Shown: piece after piece, positions 10,140 to 20,747 of the stretch
Layout: every line of letters begins with the position of its first letter
Numbering within the stretch: the stretch's first letter is position 1
IMG/VR virus record: IMGVR_UViG_3300008050_000026
Span: 33,075 to 97,074 of that record
Strand: one strand, 5' to 3'
DNA: 64,000 nt
Source: a virus
Made by a program: the position numbers and the translations under genes
The notes under the pieces: generated by a model
Seen by the model: the letters and a program-made list of their open reading frames with translations, nothing else
The model's database searches: none
Told to the model about the DNA's origin: nothing

Positions 10140-11059
10140 TGTTTGGAAATCGTAAATATGGAGTAACAACGCAAAGGGCTGGAACCAGATATTATACTGG
10201 GTTTGGATACGTTGCTTTACCTAAAGATCTTGATAGGGATAAATACATCAACAACTGTTTGAGAACAAATTCTATTACAATATTGTTTGAAAATGGGGGA
10301 TGGGCTGATAATGTACCTGTTGCAAAAGGATTATTCGAACACATAGAATTTCCAGACGATCCTGAAAAATTAGGTAGTCAAGTTGTTTATTCAAGCCTTA
10401 ACGCTACAGGTTGGTTGTTTATTACAGCAGTTCTTCCTAAAAACAACGAGGTTGTTGTTACCAATGAACTTCAATTTGTAAAGCAAAGAAGTGGTTCTAA
10501 CGGAGTAGTATCAATAGTAGGCGATGCTTTGAAGCAATTTGTGAATATCACAGTGTCGAGTTTCAAAAAAGGAATGGGTTCATTCAATTTATCTGTATCA
10601 AATCCAGATAAGACAGCTGAATTGAACGTTAGGGTAAAAGGTTCAAAGAATTCAGATATTGAAGGTTCCGAAAATAAGGAGATCCTTGGTACAAAGACAA
10701 CAACTGTTTCAGATAAATACGTCATAAATGTAAGTGAAGATGATACACTTACAACCATTACCATAGAAAAGGATGTTGGAGTAATAATTGAAGATCAATA
10801 TGACAATAAGTTAGAGTTGAAGAAAGATGGTGTTTTCTGGAATGGTGGGGATAACGGTGGTTTGATAAATATTTCAGACATTGTTGCTCAAATGAATAAG
10901 AATGAAAAGCTCACAAATAATCTGTTGGCTGCATTACAAGGGGTTGTAGTTCCACTTGCTCCATCTGGAACGTATCCTTTTGCTCCATTGTTCTCTGCTT
11001 ATCAACCTCTCGCTGAAACTCAGAAGGATCAAATTGAAGATACTAAAGTCAATCATTAA
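10139..11059 (+). CDS. baseplate central spike (gpV-like)
   Basis: 306 aa after the hub; beta-rich repetitive middle region. Confidence 0.55.
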   Translation: MFGNRKYGVTTQRAGTRYYTGFGYVALPKDLDRDKYINNCLRTNSITILFENGGWADNVPVAKGLFEHIEFPDDPEKLGSQVVYSSLNATGWLFITAVLPKNNEVVVTNELQFVKQRSGSNGVVSIVGDALKQFVNITVSSFKKGMGSFNLSVSNPDKTAELNVRVKGSKNSDIEGSENKEILGTKTTTVSDKYVINVSEDDTLTTITIEKDVGVIIEDQYDNKLELKKDGVFWNGGDNGGLINISDIVAQMNKNEKLTNNLLAALQGVVVPLAPSGTYPFAPLFSAYQPLAETQKDQIEDTKVNH

Positions 11060-11083
11060 ACATATATTTGTAAAAACATCGTT

Positions 11084-11590
11084 ATGAAATATAGTTCAGG
11101 AAATAAATTCGGTTCAAGATCAAAAGAAATTCTTGCAACGTGTCATGCTGATCTTCAACTTATTCACAATACAGCAATAGGACAATGTCCCGTTGATTAT
11201 GGTCCACATGCTGGCGCCAGAACAATTCCTGAACAGCAAAAATATTTTGATGAAAGTAAATCGAGAATAAATCCGAAATCATATCCTTCACCAGAAGCTT
11301 TGGCTAAGGTAGCCAAGCATATCACTATTCCTGATCATCCAGAATACGATAAAAGTAGAGCAACTGATCATCATGTTGCTGAAAAGCATAATGGAAAGGC
11401 ACTTACTTGGGATGAAATTCATCTTGCTTTTACTGCCGGCTATTTAATACGCGTTTCTCACGAATTACACAACGCTGGGAAAATCCAACATATTTTACGT
11501 TGGGGCGGAGATTGGGACTCAGATGGGGTCATCGCATTGGACCATAAGTTAAAGGACATGCCTCATTTGGAACTAATCAAAGTTAAATAA
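11084..11590 (+). CDS. endolysin, peptidase M15 family (L-Ala-D-Glu peptidase-like)
   Basis: 'GARTIPEQ', 'AKH', 'SRATD', 'RWGGDW' and 'DMPHLEL' Zn-peptidase motifs; preceded by TATATTTG. Confidence 0.85.
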   Translation: MKYSSGNKFGSRSKEILATCHADLQLIHNTAIGQCPVDYGPHAGARTIPEQQKYFDESKSRINPKSYPSPEALAKVAKHITIPDHPEYDKSRATDHHVAEKHNGKALTWDEIHLAFTAGYLIRVSHELHNAGKIQHILRWGGDWDSDGVIALDHKLKDMPHLELIKVK

Positions 11591-12336
11591 TGGCATCAAC
11601 GATAGAGTCGGTAAGGGAAGTTTACAAAAACTTAAGAGGTAGTTACGGTAAGGTTGGATTGAATGCCGTATTTCCTAATGATTTTGAAGCCTATATGATG
11701 GGCCTCGAACTTGTGAATGGATCTGGAGAGGTTGAAGAGTATTTCGTATTTCCTATCAATCCAAATCAACTTGTGGAGGTTTCTAAAAGGATTACATCCA
11801 TTAGAAAAACGTTGGGAGGTGTTTCAATACACTCAACAGAAAAATTCATACCTACAGATATTACTATGCAAGGAACCTTTGGTAGGAAATTGAAATTTCT
11901 TATTGGTGATGATATAATCAACTTTGCAGGATTGTCATTTGGTTTCAAAAAGAATAGGTTCAAATTTGATTTCAACACGAACGCTGCAGCAAGGGAACTT
12001 ACAAGGCAGGTAAAAACTGGTTACGGTTGTATTAAGGTATTGGAGTCAGTATGTAATCGGAGTGAAACACTTGATGAGAATGGAAAACCTTATGAGTTGT
12101 ATTTGTACAACCTTGCTTTAGGGAATAGTTATCTTGTAAAGGTACTTGATCTTACTTTTTCACAAAGTGAACAAATGAATATGATCTGGAGTTACAATCT
12201 TGTATTAAAATCAATCGCACCAATTGATCAGGTAAAAAGAAGATCAGCATTGAACCTGATAAGAGCGATGGGTGCTGGTTTTGTACAAAGTACAGCAAAT
12301 GCACATTTGCCTAAATTGCTTAAGATGCTTGGCTAA
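11590..12336 (+). CDS. baseplate protein (tube initiator-like)
   Basis: 'FVFPINP', 'ITMQGTFG' and 'WSYNLVL' motifs; baseplate context. Confidence 0.55.
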   Translation: MASTIESVREVYKNLRGSYGKVGLNAVFPNDFEAYMMGLELVNGSGEVEEYFVFPINPNQLVEVSKRITSIRKTLGGVSIHSTEKFIPTDITMQGTFGRKLKFLIGDDIINFAGLSFGFKKNRFKFDFNTNAAARELTRQVKTGYGCIKVLESVCNRSETLDENGKPYELYLYNLALGNSYLVKVLDLTFSQSEQMNMIWSYNLVLKSIAPIDQVKRRSALNLIRAMGAGFVQSTANAHLPKLLKMLG

Positions 12337-13262
12337 TGGATATTACTAAAGACATATTGGAAGAATTTGAAGAAATAACTAATTTCGATGCTATTTCGTT
12401 CATTCAGGCGTATGTTGATTTTTTACAAAAAGATCTATCAAAAATCCAACTGTTCTTTAGTGGTCAAATAAAGAATAATTCGCAAGATGCATTTGATAAT
12501 TTGAAGCAATTAAGAATAACAGTTGAAGATTTTTATTCCACCTTTAGATCATTTGAGACACAGTTGTGGTCATTCAAATGGTGGGATCTATTGGAAGAGA
12601 TTGAAAGAATAGAACATACGATCAGTTTGATGGAGAACATGTCAAAATGGATGCGTAGTAGTATTTTGAATTCAAGTTTTTCTCAGGATCAACTGGCTGA
12701 CTCAAATCTTATTCAAGGAGAAACCCTTGCTGATTTTTCAAGAACACGTGAAGGTTCTTCTGACCCTAATAATGATTGGTATGAGCTTGCGTTGTTGAAT
12801 GACCTTACTGAAGAGGAATATACAACCGATGGTGGTAATTTACTGTACTACAAAAAAAGGAATGGACCTATCCTATTCATTGAGTCAGTAGTAGATAATA
12901 TCGTAGGTGAAACTATATTGGGTCTTGATATTCAACAAACAATGGAGTTTGCTGATGATGATCTTGTAGTTTTATCACATAAGGACACATTTTATCAAGC
13001 AGTTGATATTTTAGCTACGTTAAAGAAAGGCGATAACCCAGAATTCTATGAAATTGGATTACAACCCGGAGTTACAGCAGGTTCAAATATCAACTCAATA
13101 GGGTTTCCTGTAATTTTGAGACAAATGAGTGAGTCGTTTGGTACAGATGATACGATAAGAACATCAGAAGTAACGGAAATTAGAAGAGACCAAGATGCGT
13201 TGTTCATTGATTTTGAAGTTGAAAGTATGAATAGCGATACAACCATTGCGTCAGTAAATTAA
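12336..13262 (+). CDS. baseplate wedge protein (C-terminal gp25-like)
   Basis: C-terminal 'KGDNPEFYEIG...DDTIRTSEVTEIRRDQDALFIDFEV'; precedes baseplate J. Confidence 0.6.
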   Translation: MDITKDILEEFEEITNFDAISFIQAYVDFLQKDLSKIQLFFSGQIKNNSQDAFDNLKQLRITVEDFYSTFRSFETQLWSFKWWDLLEEIERIEHTISLMENMSKWMRSSILNSSFSQDQLADSNLIQGETLADFSRTREGSSDPNNDWYELALLNDLTEEEYTTDGGNLLYYKKRNGPILFIESVVDNIVGETILGLDIQQTMEFADDDLVVLSHKDTFYQAVDILATLKKGDNPEFYEIGLQPGVTAGSNINSIGFPVILRQMSESFGTDDTIRTSEVTEIRRDQDALFIDFEVESMNSDTTIASVN

Positions 13263-13267
13263 AAGAC

Positions 13268-14473
13268 ATGGCACTTAATATTAGACCAAGTACAAGCAAA
13301 GAAAGAAAGGAACTATTTGTCGAAGCTATGCTTAATAAGACAGATAAGGTTACTAAGGTTTCGCCAAATTCAGTTTTGAGTGGAGTTGCTTTTGGTGTAG
13401 GTAAGATTGCAGGAAAGGCTGAAAAAGACATTTTCCTTGCTGTGGCCCAATTATTTCCTGATCATGCGTATGGTGAACAATTGGATCAGGTGGCTGAAAA
13501 TTTTGGTATTGCTCCAAGGTTTTTGCAATCTGGATCATCAACCTATTTAAGATTAGTTGGTGATGTTGGTACACAATATGCTATAAACACTCACATTTTT
13601 TCAGGTACTAATGGTATTCAATTCCAACTTGAAGAAGATGTTACGATAGGGGCTGCAGGATTTACATATACCAAAGTTAGAAGCGTTGATACTGGAGTTC
13701 AATCAAATGTAAACCCAGGAGATGTTTCCAACGTTACACCTGTACCTGTAGGACATACATACGTCGTGAATGAATACATTTCAACAGGTGGTAGAGAAAA
13801 TGAGTCAGATGAGGATTTTCGAAATAGAATAAAGGAGGGAGCCAATATTCTTGGAAAGGCAACAATTTCATCACTTGAACAGGCGATGATGAAGATCAAC
13901 ACAAATGTTCTTCGTGTATTTTTCTATGGACGTGATGATAATGGCAAATTGGTTCTTGCAATCCAATCACAAAATGGAATTGATTTCAACGAACAGGAAC
14001 TTGATGAATTGCTTGATAAAGCTGATAAGTACATGGCTTTTACAGAACTCAGGCCTTATGGTACACAAAGTTTTGGTGTGAAACTAAGAAACGTTGAATA
14101 TGATCCTCTTGATATTTCGTTCAGATGTAACCTATTCAATAACTTTGATCCAGATGCTGTAAGAAAAGAAATTCAGATCAACATCAGTAAATACCTTGAT
14201 TTTAGAAACTTTACTCAAGGTGGGATTGTTGAATGGGATAATATACTGGAGATTGTGAAAAAAACAAAAGGTGTGAAGTACGTGCCAGACCAATTCTTCT
14301 ATCCTAATAATGATATACAAACAAGTAGGGTGAAGATCATGCGCCTCAGGGGCTTCCTAATGTTAAACCTTGAAGGAACAGTTATCAGTACGCTTCAAAA
14401 TACATTGTCGCCAGTTTACTATCCCCAAGAGGCAGATTTTTCATTCCAACAAACTGTATTAGCTGAAATATAA
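13268..14473 (+). CDS. baseplate J-like wedge protein
   Basis: 'AYGEQLDQVAENFGIAPR' and 'GGRENESDEDFRNRI' are hallmark Baseplate_J motifs. Confidence 0.88.
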   Translation: MALNIRPSTSKERKELFVEAMLNKTDKVTKVSPNSVLSGVAFGVGKIAGKAEKDIFLAVAQLFPDHAYGEQLDQVAENFGIAPRFLQSGSSTYLRLVGDVGTQYAINTHIFSGTNGIQFQLEEDVTIGAAGFTYTKVRSVDTGVQSNVNPGDVSNVTPVPVGHTYVVNEYISTGGRENESDEDFRNRIKEGANILGKATISSLEQAMMKINTNVLRVFFYGRDDNGKLVLAIQSQNGIDFNEQELDELLDKADKYMAFTELRPYGTQSFGVKLRNVEYDPLDISFRCNLFNNFDPDAVRKEIQINISKYLDFRNFTQGGIVEWDNILEIVKKTKGVKYVPDQFFYPNNDIQTSRVKIMRLRGFLMLNLEGTVISTLQNTLSPVYYPQEADFSFQQTVLAEI

Positions 14474-14802
14474 TGGGAAAAGGAATAGCAAAAGTTCATC
14501 AAACGTATTCCTTTCCAAGGATAAAGCCTACTGTAGAAGATGCATCAAATTTGAGTATAACAAATGAAGATATGACCACGTATCCTCATTGTGGTTTTAA
14601 TATAATGGATGTTGAACCTAAAGGGATCAATTATGTTGAAACTTTGGAAGGTGAGCTTATGACAGTTTCGAGGGATGAATATCCAAATGGTGTCAATTTT
14701 TATATTGATAACATGGGTAACATGATTGTATACACTGATGATGAAACATTTAAGAATTTTTCCATTGATGAGATGGGTAACGTAATTTATACAACACCAT
14801 AA
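14473..14802 (+). CDS. hypothetical baseplate/tail protein
   Basis: 109 aa, TAATG-coupled on both sides; internal repeat NF(Y/S)ID(N/E)MGN. Confidence 0.55.
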   Translation: MGKGIAKVHQTYSFPRIKPTVEDASNLSITNEDMTTYPHCGFNIMDVEPKGINYVETLEGELMTVSRDEYPNGVNFYIDNMGNMIVYTDDETFKNFSIDEMGNVIYTTP

Positions 14803-15329
14803 TGGCTTCTGGTTCAAAAAATCTTGGTCTCGTAAAAGCAATTCATGCTGGAAATACTGCTCCAGCGAATACTGCCATGATCTGGTATAACACTTTAACA
14901 TTCAGGCACTACTATCATAATGGAACAATTTGGGTTCTTTTTGGTACTGGAGGAGGAGCTGGTGGAACGCCAAAAGTAACCGTTGAAATGGGTTATACAA
15001 CCAACGTTTCAATAAATGGTCAGCAAAATGGTATAAATTTTGATCCTACTTTCAAAATATCAACTGCGCCAAAACCAGTACCTGTACCTTTTAGAGTTAG
15101 CGTTGACAGAAATGGAAATGATGGGGAAGTTGAATTAACGTTTACAGATGCAGCAGGAGGTATGCATAATATGGATGGTGTATCGTATACTATGCCAGCA
15201 AATATGAGTGAAGTACTTTTCATGTTTGAAACTACACAAGCAAATCCAGTAGGTGTTTATACATTGGAAGTAAATTGTGTTTTGGGATCTTATTCGTTTT
15301 CACGAGAATTAACGATAGAAATTATTTAA
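14802..15329 (+). CDS. tail fibre/appendage protein with shared N-terminal anchor
   Basis: First ~50 aa nearly identical to 15331..16419; Gly linker; Ig-like beta C-terminus. Confidence 0.55.
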   Translation: MASGSKNLGLVKAIHAGNTAPANTAMIWYNTLTFRHYYHNGTIWVLFGTGGGAGGTPKVTVEMGYTTNVSINGQQNGINFDPTFKISTAPKPVPVPFRVSVDRNGNDGEVELTFTDAAGGMHNMDGVSYTMPANMSEVLFMFETTQANPVGVYTLEVNCVLGSYSFSRELTIEII

Positions 15330-15330
15330 G

Positions 15331-16419
15331 ATGGCTTCAGGTACAAAAAATCTTGGTTTAGTTAAAGCAATACACGCAGGAAATACTGCGCCTGCTAATA
15401 CATATATGATCTGGTACAATACACTTGCATCAAGGCATTATTATCACAATGGGTCAAGCTGGGTCGAATTAGGTACTGGAGGATCTGGAGCATTTGAAAC
15501 AATTCCACATTTTGTTTATCAGCCTCTTGGAGTTGATAGTGGTATGGTCTATAATGATTTTGAAATCATGATGGATGATGTTATTGAACAGAAAGGCAAG
15601 AAAACAATCTATTTTGATAGAACATTTTTATCAGCTTTGGATGCAATGGAAATACCAGTCAAATCTGGTGGTGGTTCTTGGGATTTTATAGATGTTTCGT
15701 TTCAGTGGTTATTTGAGTCAGTTTACGATACATCAAACATTACAATAAGCGTAGCAGATGGAAATTTATGGGAAAATTTTCCAGACAATTTCTCTTTTAT
15801 AAGGTTAATCTTTAATAACACTTCTTTTCCAGTCTATTCAGATAGTTCTGGACAAAAACTCAGCCTTTTAGACTCAGCTACAACGTTTGAAAACCTTGGT
15901 TCTGTTGAAGTTATGAATTTGTCAGGTTCAGCGGAATTTGTTTTTGGTTTGGAAGAAGGTTCAAAGATGAAAAATGGTTCTTATGAGATTTTCAATTTAG
16001 TTGGAAATTCGTCTATAAATCTTGCGTTGATTGGTGCTGGAGAAATTGAACAAGACGTCATAAGAGGAGCGATAACAGCTTATGTCGATATAAATTTGAC
16101 CCACGGAGGGTCAAGTTATAAAGAAACGCAAACCAATTATGCTGGTACAGTTGAATTACAAAGTAAAAATGCTTCAAGAATTATGTTTGGTGTTTTACCA
16201 AATTTGGGTTCAATATCTTTTGCACATAATTTTGGTAATGAGTTTTTGCACATCGAAGTTTATAGAAACTCGGGTTTTCCAAAAATAAGATTAGGGACTG
16301 TTTCGGAAGTAAGAGTTCAAATAGATGATGATGATAATATTACAATAACAGATCTTTTTGGGTTAGGCGGAATAAACATTCAAGTAGTCATTGCATCAAA
16401 ACCTCAACAGATAGACTAA
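15331..16419 (+). CDS. tail fibre/receptor-binding protein with shared N-terminal anchor
   Basis: Same N-terminal module, followed by an unrelated beta-rich body. Confidence 0.55.
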   Translation: MASGTKNLGLVKAIHAGNTAPANTYMIWYNTLASRHYYHNGSSWVELGTGGSGAFETIPHFVYQPLGVDSGMVYNDFEIMMDDVIEQKGKKTIYFDRTFLSALDAMEIPVKSGGGSWDFIDVSFQWLFESVYDTSNITISVADGNLWENFPDNFSFIRLIFNNTSFPVYSDSSGQKLSLLDSATTFENLGSVEVMNLSGSAEFVFGLEEGSKMKNGSYEIFNLVGNSSINLALIGAGEIEQDVIRGAITAYVDINLTHGGSSYKETQTNYAGTVELQSKNASRIMFGVLPNLGSISFAHNFGNEFLHIEVYRNSGFPKIRLGTVSEVRVQIDDDDNITITDLFGLGGINIQVVIASKPQQID

Positions 16420-18263
16420 TGGCAGTAATAGACAATCGTTTGACAGAAGTTGGTGATGTTCTTGTAATACAGACAGAAATCCCGCTTGTAGGAATAATTG
16501 CGCTACTTGGCTTTACAGATCTTACTACAGGAGAAGTACCCGGGTCTCGTGAATTTGATAAGAAGTTCAGGTATTCATTTGATGGAGGAGTAAATTGGTC
16601 TGACTTTGTTGACCTTACAACTTCAAATATTCTTGAAATACCAATTCAGGATACTGACCTCTTCATTTTAGAATATCTATACATAAGAACAGGTACTGAT
16701 AGTTCAGGTGAATTGACAGTTGAAGCTGTACAATTGAATTCACAAACTATTTTAGGAACTTCTGATGATGTATATGGTAATTCAATTTTCAAAGAGTTCT
16801 ATAATAGCTACAGTATCTGTACGCTTGCATGGTCAATCAATGTGCTTGAAAAACTATACAGAGATGGAATAGTACCTAAGTACATAAAACGAGGAAAAAG
16901 AAACGATACTCGAGAGGATCAGGATTATCTTGATTTTTGGTTTACTGTATCATTGTTCTATTCATATTATGTATGTCTGGCTCGTGAGTTCAAAGATTTC
17001 TATACAAATTCTGATTTGTTAAGGGAGTTCCTTATTGAAAGGAACATGTTCATGTGTAATGATATTCAGATGGCTGATATGCTTTACATCATGAGAATGT
17101 ACCACAGTGAAATGTCTCATAGAGGAACAGAACAGATATTCCTTAAAAAAGGCGTCTCATCATACGAAGATGAAGATAATTCATTTAGTGAAAGTTTCAG
17201 TCAAAGCCTAAGTGGTTCATTTAGTCATAGTTACAGTTCAGTAGATCCATTTTTCTATCGTCAGGTAGATGGGGAACTTTTAAGATTGATTTGCTATAGT
17301 TTATGCGATGAATTCATTTGGGGACTTGGAAGGGCTGAACACACAAGTTGGAATATGGGTAATGGAAGTCCATGTTATAGAGGATTGATGCCTCAACACC
17401 AATTCAGTAAAGGTTATGAAATAACAGAAGATGTTATCGATCTATCTGTATACCCTTTAATTGAAGATCAACTCATTTCTATTGCAGCTGATGGCGATAA
17501 GTATGTAATGGATATTGATGTACCTGTACTTGGTCCTTTTCCAGCAGGAATAGGACAACTTACAAATCAAGACATTGATAAAATGTTTGTTGTTGAACCT
17601 AATATGTCATATCAACTGACTTTTCAAATAAAAATAGGGCCAAAACTTGATAAGATTATGAATATTGGGTTTTCAATGGTGGATCAATTTGAAAACAATA
17701 TAATACCAACTTCTTTTGTAACTGGAACGTCTACAAATTATGCTATACAAGCTGAAGCATTATCTCGAAGTGATGTTTATTACAATATTCGTGTAATTCT
17801 TTGGGCTGCAAATCAAGGTAACGCTTGGGATCCAGCTGAAATTTATGAGAAAGAACGTATTGTTGAGCATAGTGGTAATTATTACGTATCAGAAAAGGTT
17901 ACTAATTTTGGAATAACACCCGGAACTACTTCTGATTGGAGATTGGTAGATACTGAAGGTTTAGTTTCAATAGGACAACCAAGTATTAAAGCAGGTGAAA
18001 ATCTTAAAATGAGTTCAAATGTATGTAAGGTAATGCCAATCATACATAGTTCAGTACCTGCTAATCCAGCATCTATAAGAATACACAACTTGAAATTCAA
18101 ACCTCTTCATTTTGAATACAGCCATTATTTCATCAATGTGAAGAATTTCGTCCATATATTTATGGAACAAAACAATGGGCGTTATACGAACGAAGAAGTA
18201 GAAGAAATAATGAGGCGTTATTTGTTTCCGTACAATACCTCGTTTAGAAACACTTATTTATGA
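16419..18263 (+). CDS. baseplate/tail structural protein with Ser-rich insert and CBM5/12-like motif
   Basis: 614 aa; SFSESFSQSLSGSFSHSYSS insert; 'WDPAEIYEKERIVEHSGNYY...PGTTSDW'. Confidence 0.55.
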   Translation: MAVIDNRLTEVGDVLVIQTEIPLVGIIALLGFTDLTTGEVPGSREFDKKFRYSFDGGVNWSDFVDLTTSNILEIPIQDTDLFILEYLYIRTGTDSSGELTVEAVQLNSQTILGTSDDVYGNSIFKEFYNSYSICTLAWSINVLEKLYRDGIVPKYIKRGKRNDTREDQDYLDFWFTVSLFYSYYVCLAREFKDFYTNSDLLREFLIERNMFMCNDIQMADMLYIMRMYHSEMSHRGTEQIFLKKGVSSYEDEDNSFSESFSQSLSGSFSHSYSSVDPFFYRQVDGELLRLICYSLCDEFIWGLGRAEHTSWNMGNGSPCYRGLMPQHQFSKGYEITEDVIDLSVYPLIEDQLISIAADGDKYVMDIDVPVLGPFPAGIGQLTNQDIDKMFVVEPNMSYQLTFQIKIGPKLDKIMNIGFSMVDQFENNIIPTSFVTGTSTNYAIQAEALSRSDVYYNIRVILWAANQGNAWDPAEIYEKERIVEHSGNYYVSEKVTNFGITPGTTSDWRLVDTEGLVSIGQPSIKAGENLKMSSNVCKVMPIIHSSVPANPASIRIHNLKFKPLHFEYSHYFINVKNFVHIFMEQNNGRYTNEEVEEIMRRYLFPYNTSFRNTYL

Positions 18264-18275
18264 TAAATTTGTAAC

Positions 18276-20747
18276 ATGTCGATCTTAAAATTTGCACCAG
18301 ATCTATTTCTTGAACAACAGGAGCTTAATAGGTTAAGAAAGTTCCTTGATGATGAAGGCTTTAGAATAAATCTAATTGACAATACTCAGAAATGGGGATT
18401 GATTGATAAGCAAAGTTTCTATCCAGATAATTCTGTAAAGGATCAATTCACAAATGCATTGATCACTGAGGATGTTGGTTTAACAATCAAGCATAATCCA
18501 ATACGAGCATTGAATGCTGATGGAAGACTTATTTATAGGGCTGCCACAAATCAGATTGCTGTTACAGGTGATAATAACTGGTATTGGGTTAAGATCTCGT
18601 GGGTTGCCTCTCCTATTGAACTTGGTGTTTGGGCATTGGATGCTGATGGAAATCTTACAGGAACAGGTGGAGAACTTCTTACGATATTAAGAGGTGAACC
18701 TAATTTTCCTTCAAGAATAAAATTCACGAATGCTATAAATAACACTGCTGAATATGATGTTGTTGAAGTCATTGATGACAATAACGCTATTCTAAATGGG
18801 GTATCTGGTACATTCAATGTTGAAACAGGTTTAGAATTAGCAGTTGTTGGAACATTCACTGAAGGAGTAGCCCCACCAGCTGCAAATAAATATCCATTCC
18901 AATATGATAGTTGCGTATTTGAATTAATCCTTGAAGCAACACCAAACACACCACCTACATTAGTTGAAGGTCAAGAATTCGTTATTGCTCGTGTAAAGAG
19001 TGATGGTGTAACAATGGTTATCCAAGATAAAAGGGTTGAAAGATGGACAACGAAAGCAAATTATAGGCTTTCAAAAGTTGATGAAGTAGATAACCCTTTA
19101 ATAGGAGTTGGTAGAATAATGTTCGACCACGAATATTCTACAAAGGATAGGAATAAGGTTTTCATGCAATGGGCATTTCAATCTACAAACTATACTGTAA
19201 ATACAAATTTGAATATCATAACGATCAACGCTGGATCTGGTGGTAATTTCAAAACTGTTGCTGATTTTACAGATGGTGATTTCAATGGATGGAGATTGTA
19301 TGCTACCAACGGAAAATACTTGAGGATCGTAAATTCTGTTCTTACAGGAGGTCAGATCAATTGTTATTTTGACAGTCTCGAAGTTGATTATTTCTCGACC
19401 GATGGAGGTTCAACATTTACAGGTTCTCAAATTGTAATCACACCTGATGCTGAAAAGATTGAAATTGTATTCGATGCTCAGGATATTTCTTCAACATCAG
19501 TTGTAGAGACATTTCCAAATCTTGAAGAAACGTTTGAATTCAATATCAATGAAGTAGAAGCATTGTGTCCACTGTTAGTATATGATGATCCAGTCGCGTA
19601 TTATTCTGCTAAATACAGATACAAGACAAATGATACATATACTGAATATGTAGATCTTCCTGAAGATACATCGTTTGGGTATTATACTGAAAACGCATAC
19701 GAGGATGATGGTTCATTGAAACCAATTGTTCTTGCAAATAGTTATGCTCAAAACGTAGCTCAAGGATACATCAAGACATATACTGGAGGCGTTATTGAAC
19801 TCATTTTACATGGTACAGCTTACTATCCTCTACTTGCAACAATTGTTACAGGTGATAGACTTGGTGTAGATCGTGTAACATTAAATCCTGCAATTACTCC
19901 ACCTTACACATTGGTTGTTGGTGCAAATAGGATCTATCAGTACTTTGAAGGGGGACCTTTTTCTTTGACACAGGATTTTTTCATCAATATTGAAAACACA
20001 GGTGCTATAAATGGTAACAGGTTTTTCTTACATTTTGCCAATGAACCCCAGTTAAATGGTTTTAGGTTAAGAATAGTTACAAATTTCGTTAACATTTCTA
20101 CATTTGATCTAATTGAGGAGTTCACAACCTTTGATGATACATTTGCTTCGTTGGGACATCCTGTTCAGTTTGAAGTAAGACATGATGGAACACAATGGGA
20201 AGTTGAACATAGCACCTATGATAGAGGACTTGTTGCTTTGGAATACCTACAAATACTGTTTGTAAACGCATTGGTTGCAGCAAACGCTGCCGATATTACA
20301 GCACTTCAAGCTTTCCAAGCCGATGTTGAAAGTGCATGGACTTCTTTTTCAAGCCCAACAACCAGATACATAGACCAATTTGGTTTACCTGTTAATGGTA
20401 CTGTACTACTCACTTCAGGAGGATATAAAATAGTCGGTAGAGTTGCTACAATTCAAATACAAGTAACTATTGATACAATTACGGGTAATTCTGGCACTGG
20501 ATTTCAGTGGATCGAGGTTGATTTACCAGCAGCTTTAGAAAACTTTGGTGGAGCCGCTGAACCAGTTGGAATGTGTAAAGGTGCAAGAAATGGTACAAAC
20601 ATTTTCGAATGGCAAATGACAACTACGATGGTAGCTGGCGGTGGAAGTACTGTTAGATTTGTTTATGGTAATAGTATGACTGATGTTTCACCAATTGGTT
20701 CAGGTTCTCAAACTATTAGAGCAACCTTTCAAATAGGCGTATTATAA
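18276..20747 (+). CDS. tail fibre / baseplate protein
   Basis: 823 aa, beta-rich, with a short coiled coil and C-terminal 'GGYKIVGRVATIQI...VDLP' fibre-tip-like domain; TAAATTTG 5 nt upstream. Confidence 0.65.
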   Translation: MSILKFAPDLFLEQQELNRLRKFLDDEGFRINLIDNTQKWGLIDKQSFYPDNSVKDQFTNALITEDVGLTIKHNPIRALNADGRLIYRAATNQIAVTGDNNWYWVKISWVASPIELGVWALDADGNLTGTGGELLTILRGEPNFPSRIKFTNAINNTAEYDVVEVIDDNNAILNGVSGTFNVETGLELAVVGTFTEGVAPPAANKYPFQYDSCVFELILEATPNTPPTLVEGQEFVIARVKSDGVTMVIQDKRVERWTTKANYRLSKVDEVDNPLIGVGRIMFDHEYSTKDRNKVFMQWAFQSTNYTVNTNLNIITINAGSGGNFKTVADFTDGDFNGWRLYATNGKYLRIVNSVLTGGQINCYFDSLEVDYFSTDGGSTFTGSQIVITPDAEKIEIVFDAQDISSTSVVETFPNLEETFEFNINEVEALCPLLVYDDPVAYYSAKYRYKTNDTYTEYVDLPEDTSFGYYTENAYEDDGSLKPIVLANSYAQNVAQGYIKTYTGGVIELILHGTAYYPLLATIVTGDRLGVDRVTLNPAITPPYTLVVGANRIYQYFEGGPFSLTQDFFINIENTGAINGNRFFLHFANEPQLNGFRLRIVTNFVNISTFDLIEEFTTFDDTFASLGHPVQFEVRHDGTQWEVEHSTYDRGLVALEYLQILFVNALVAANAADITALQAFQADVESAWTSFSSPTTRYIDQFGLPVNGTVLLTSGGYKIVGRVATIQIQVTIDTITGNSGTGFQWIEVDLPAALENFGGAAEPVGMCKGARNGTNIFEWQMTTTMVAGGGSTVRFVYGNSMTDVSPIGSGSQTIRATFQIGVL

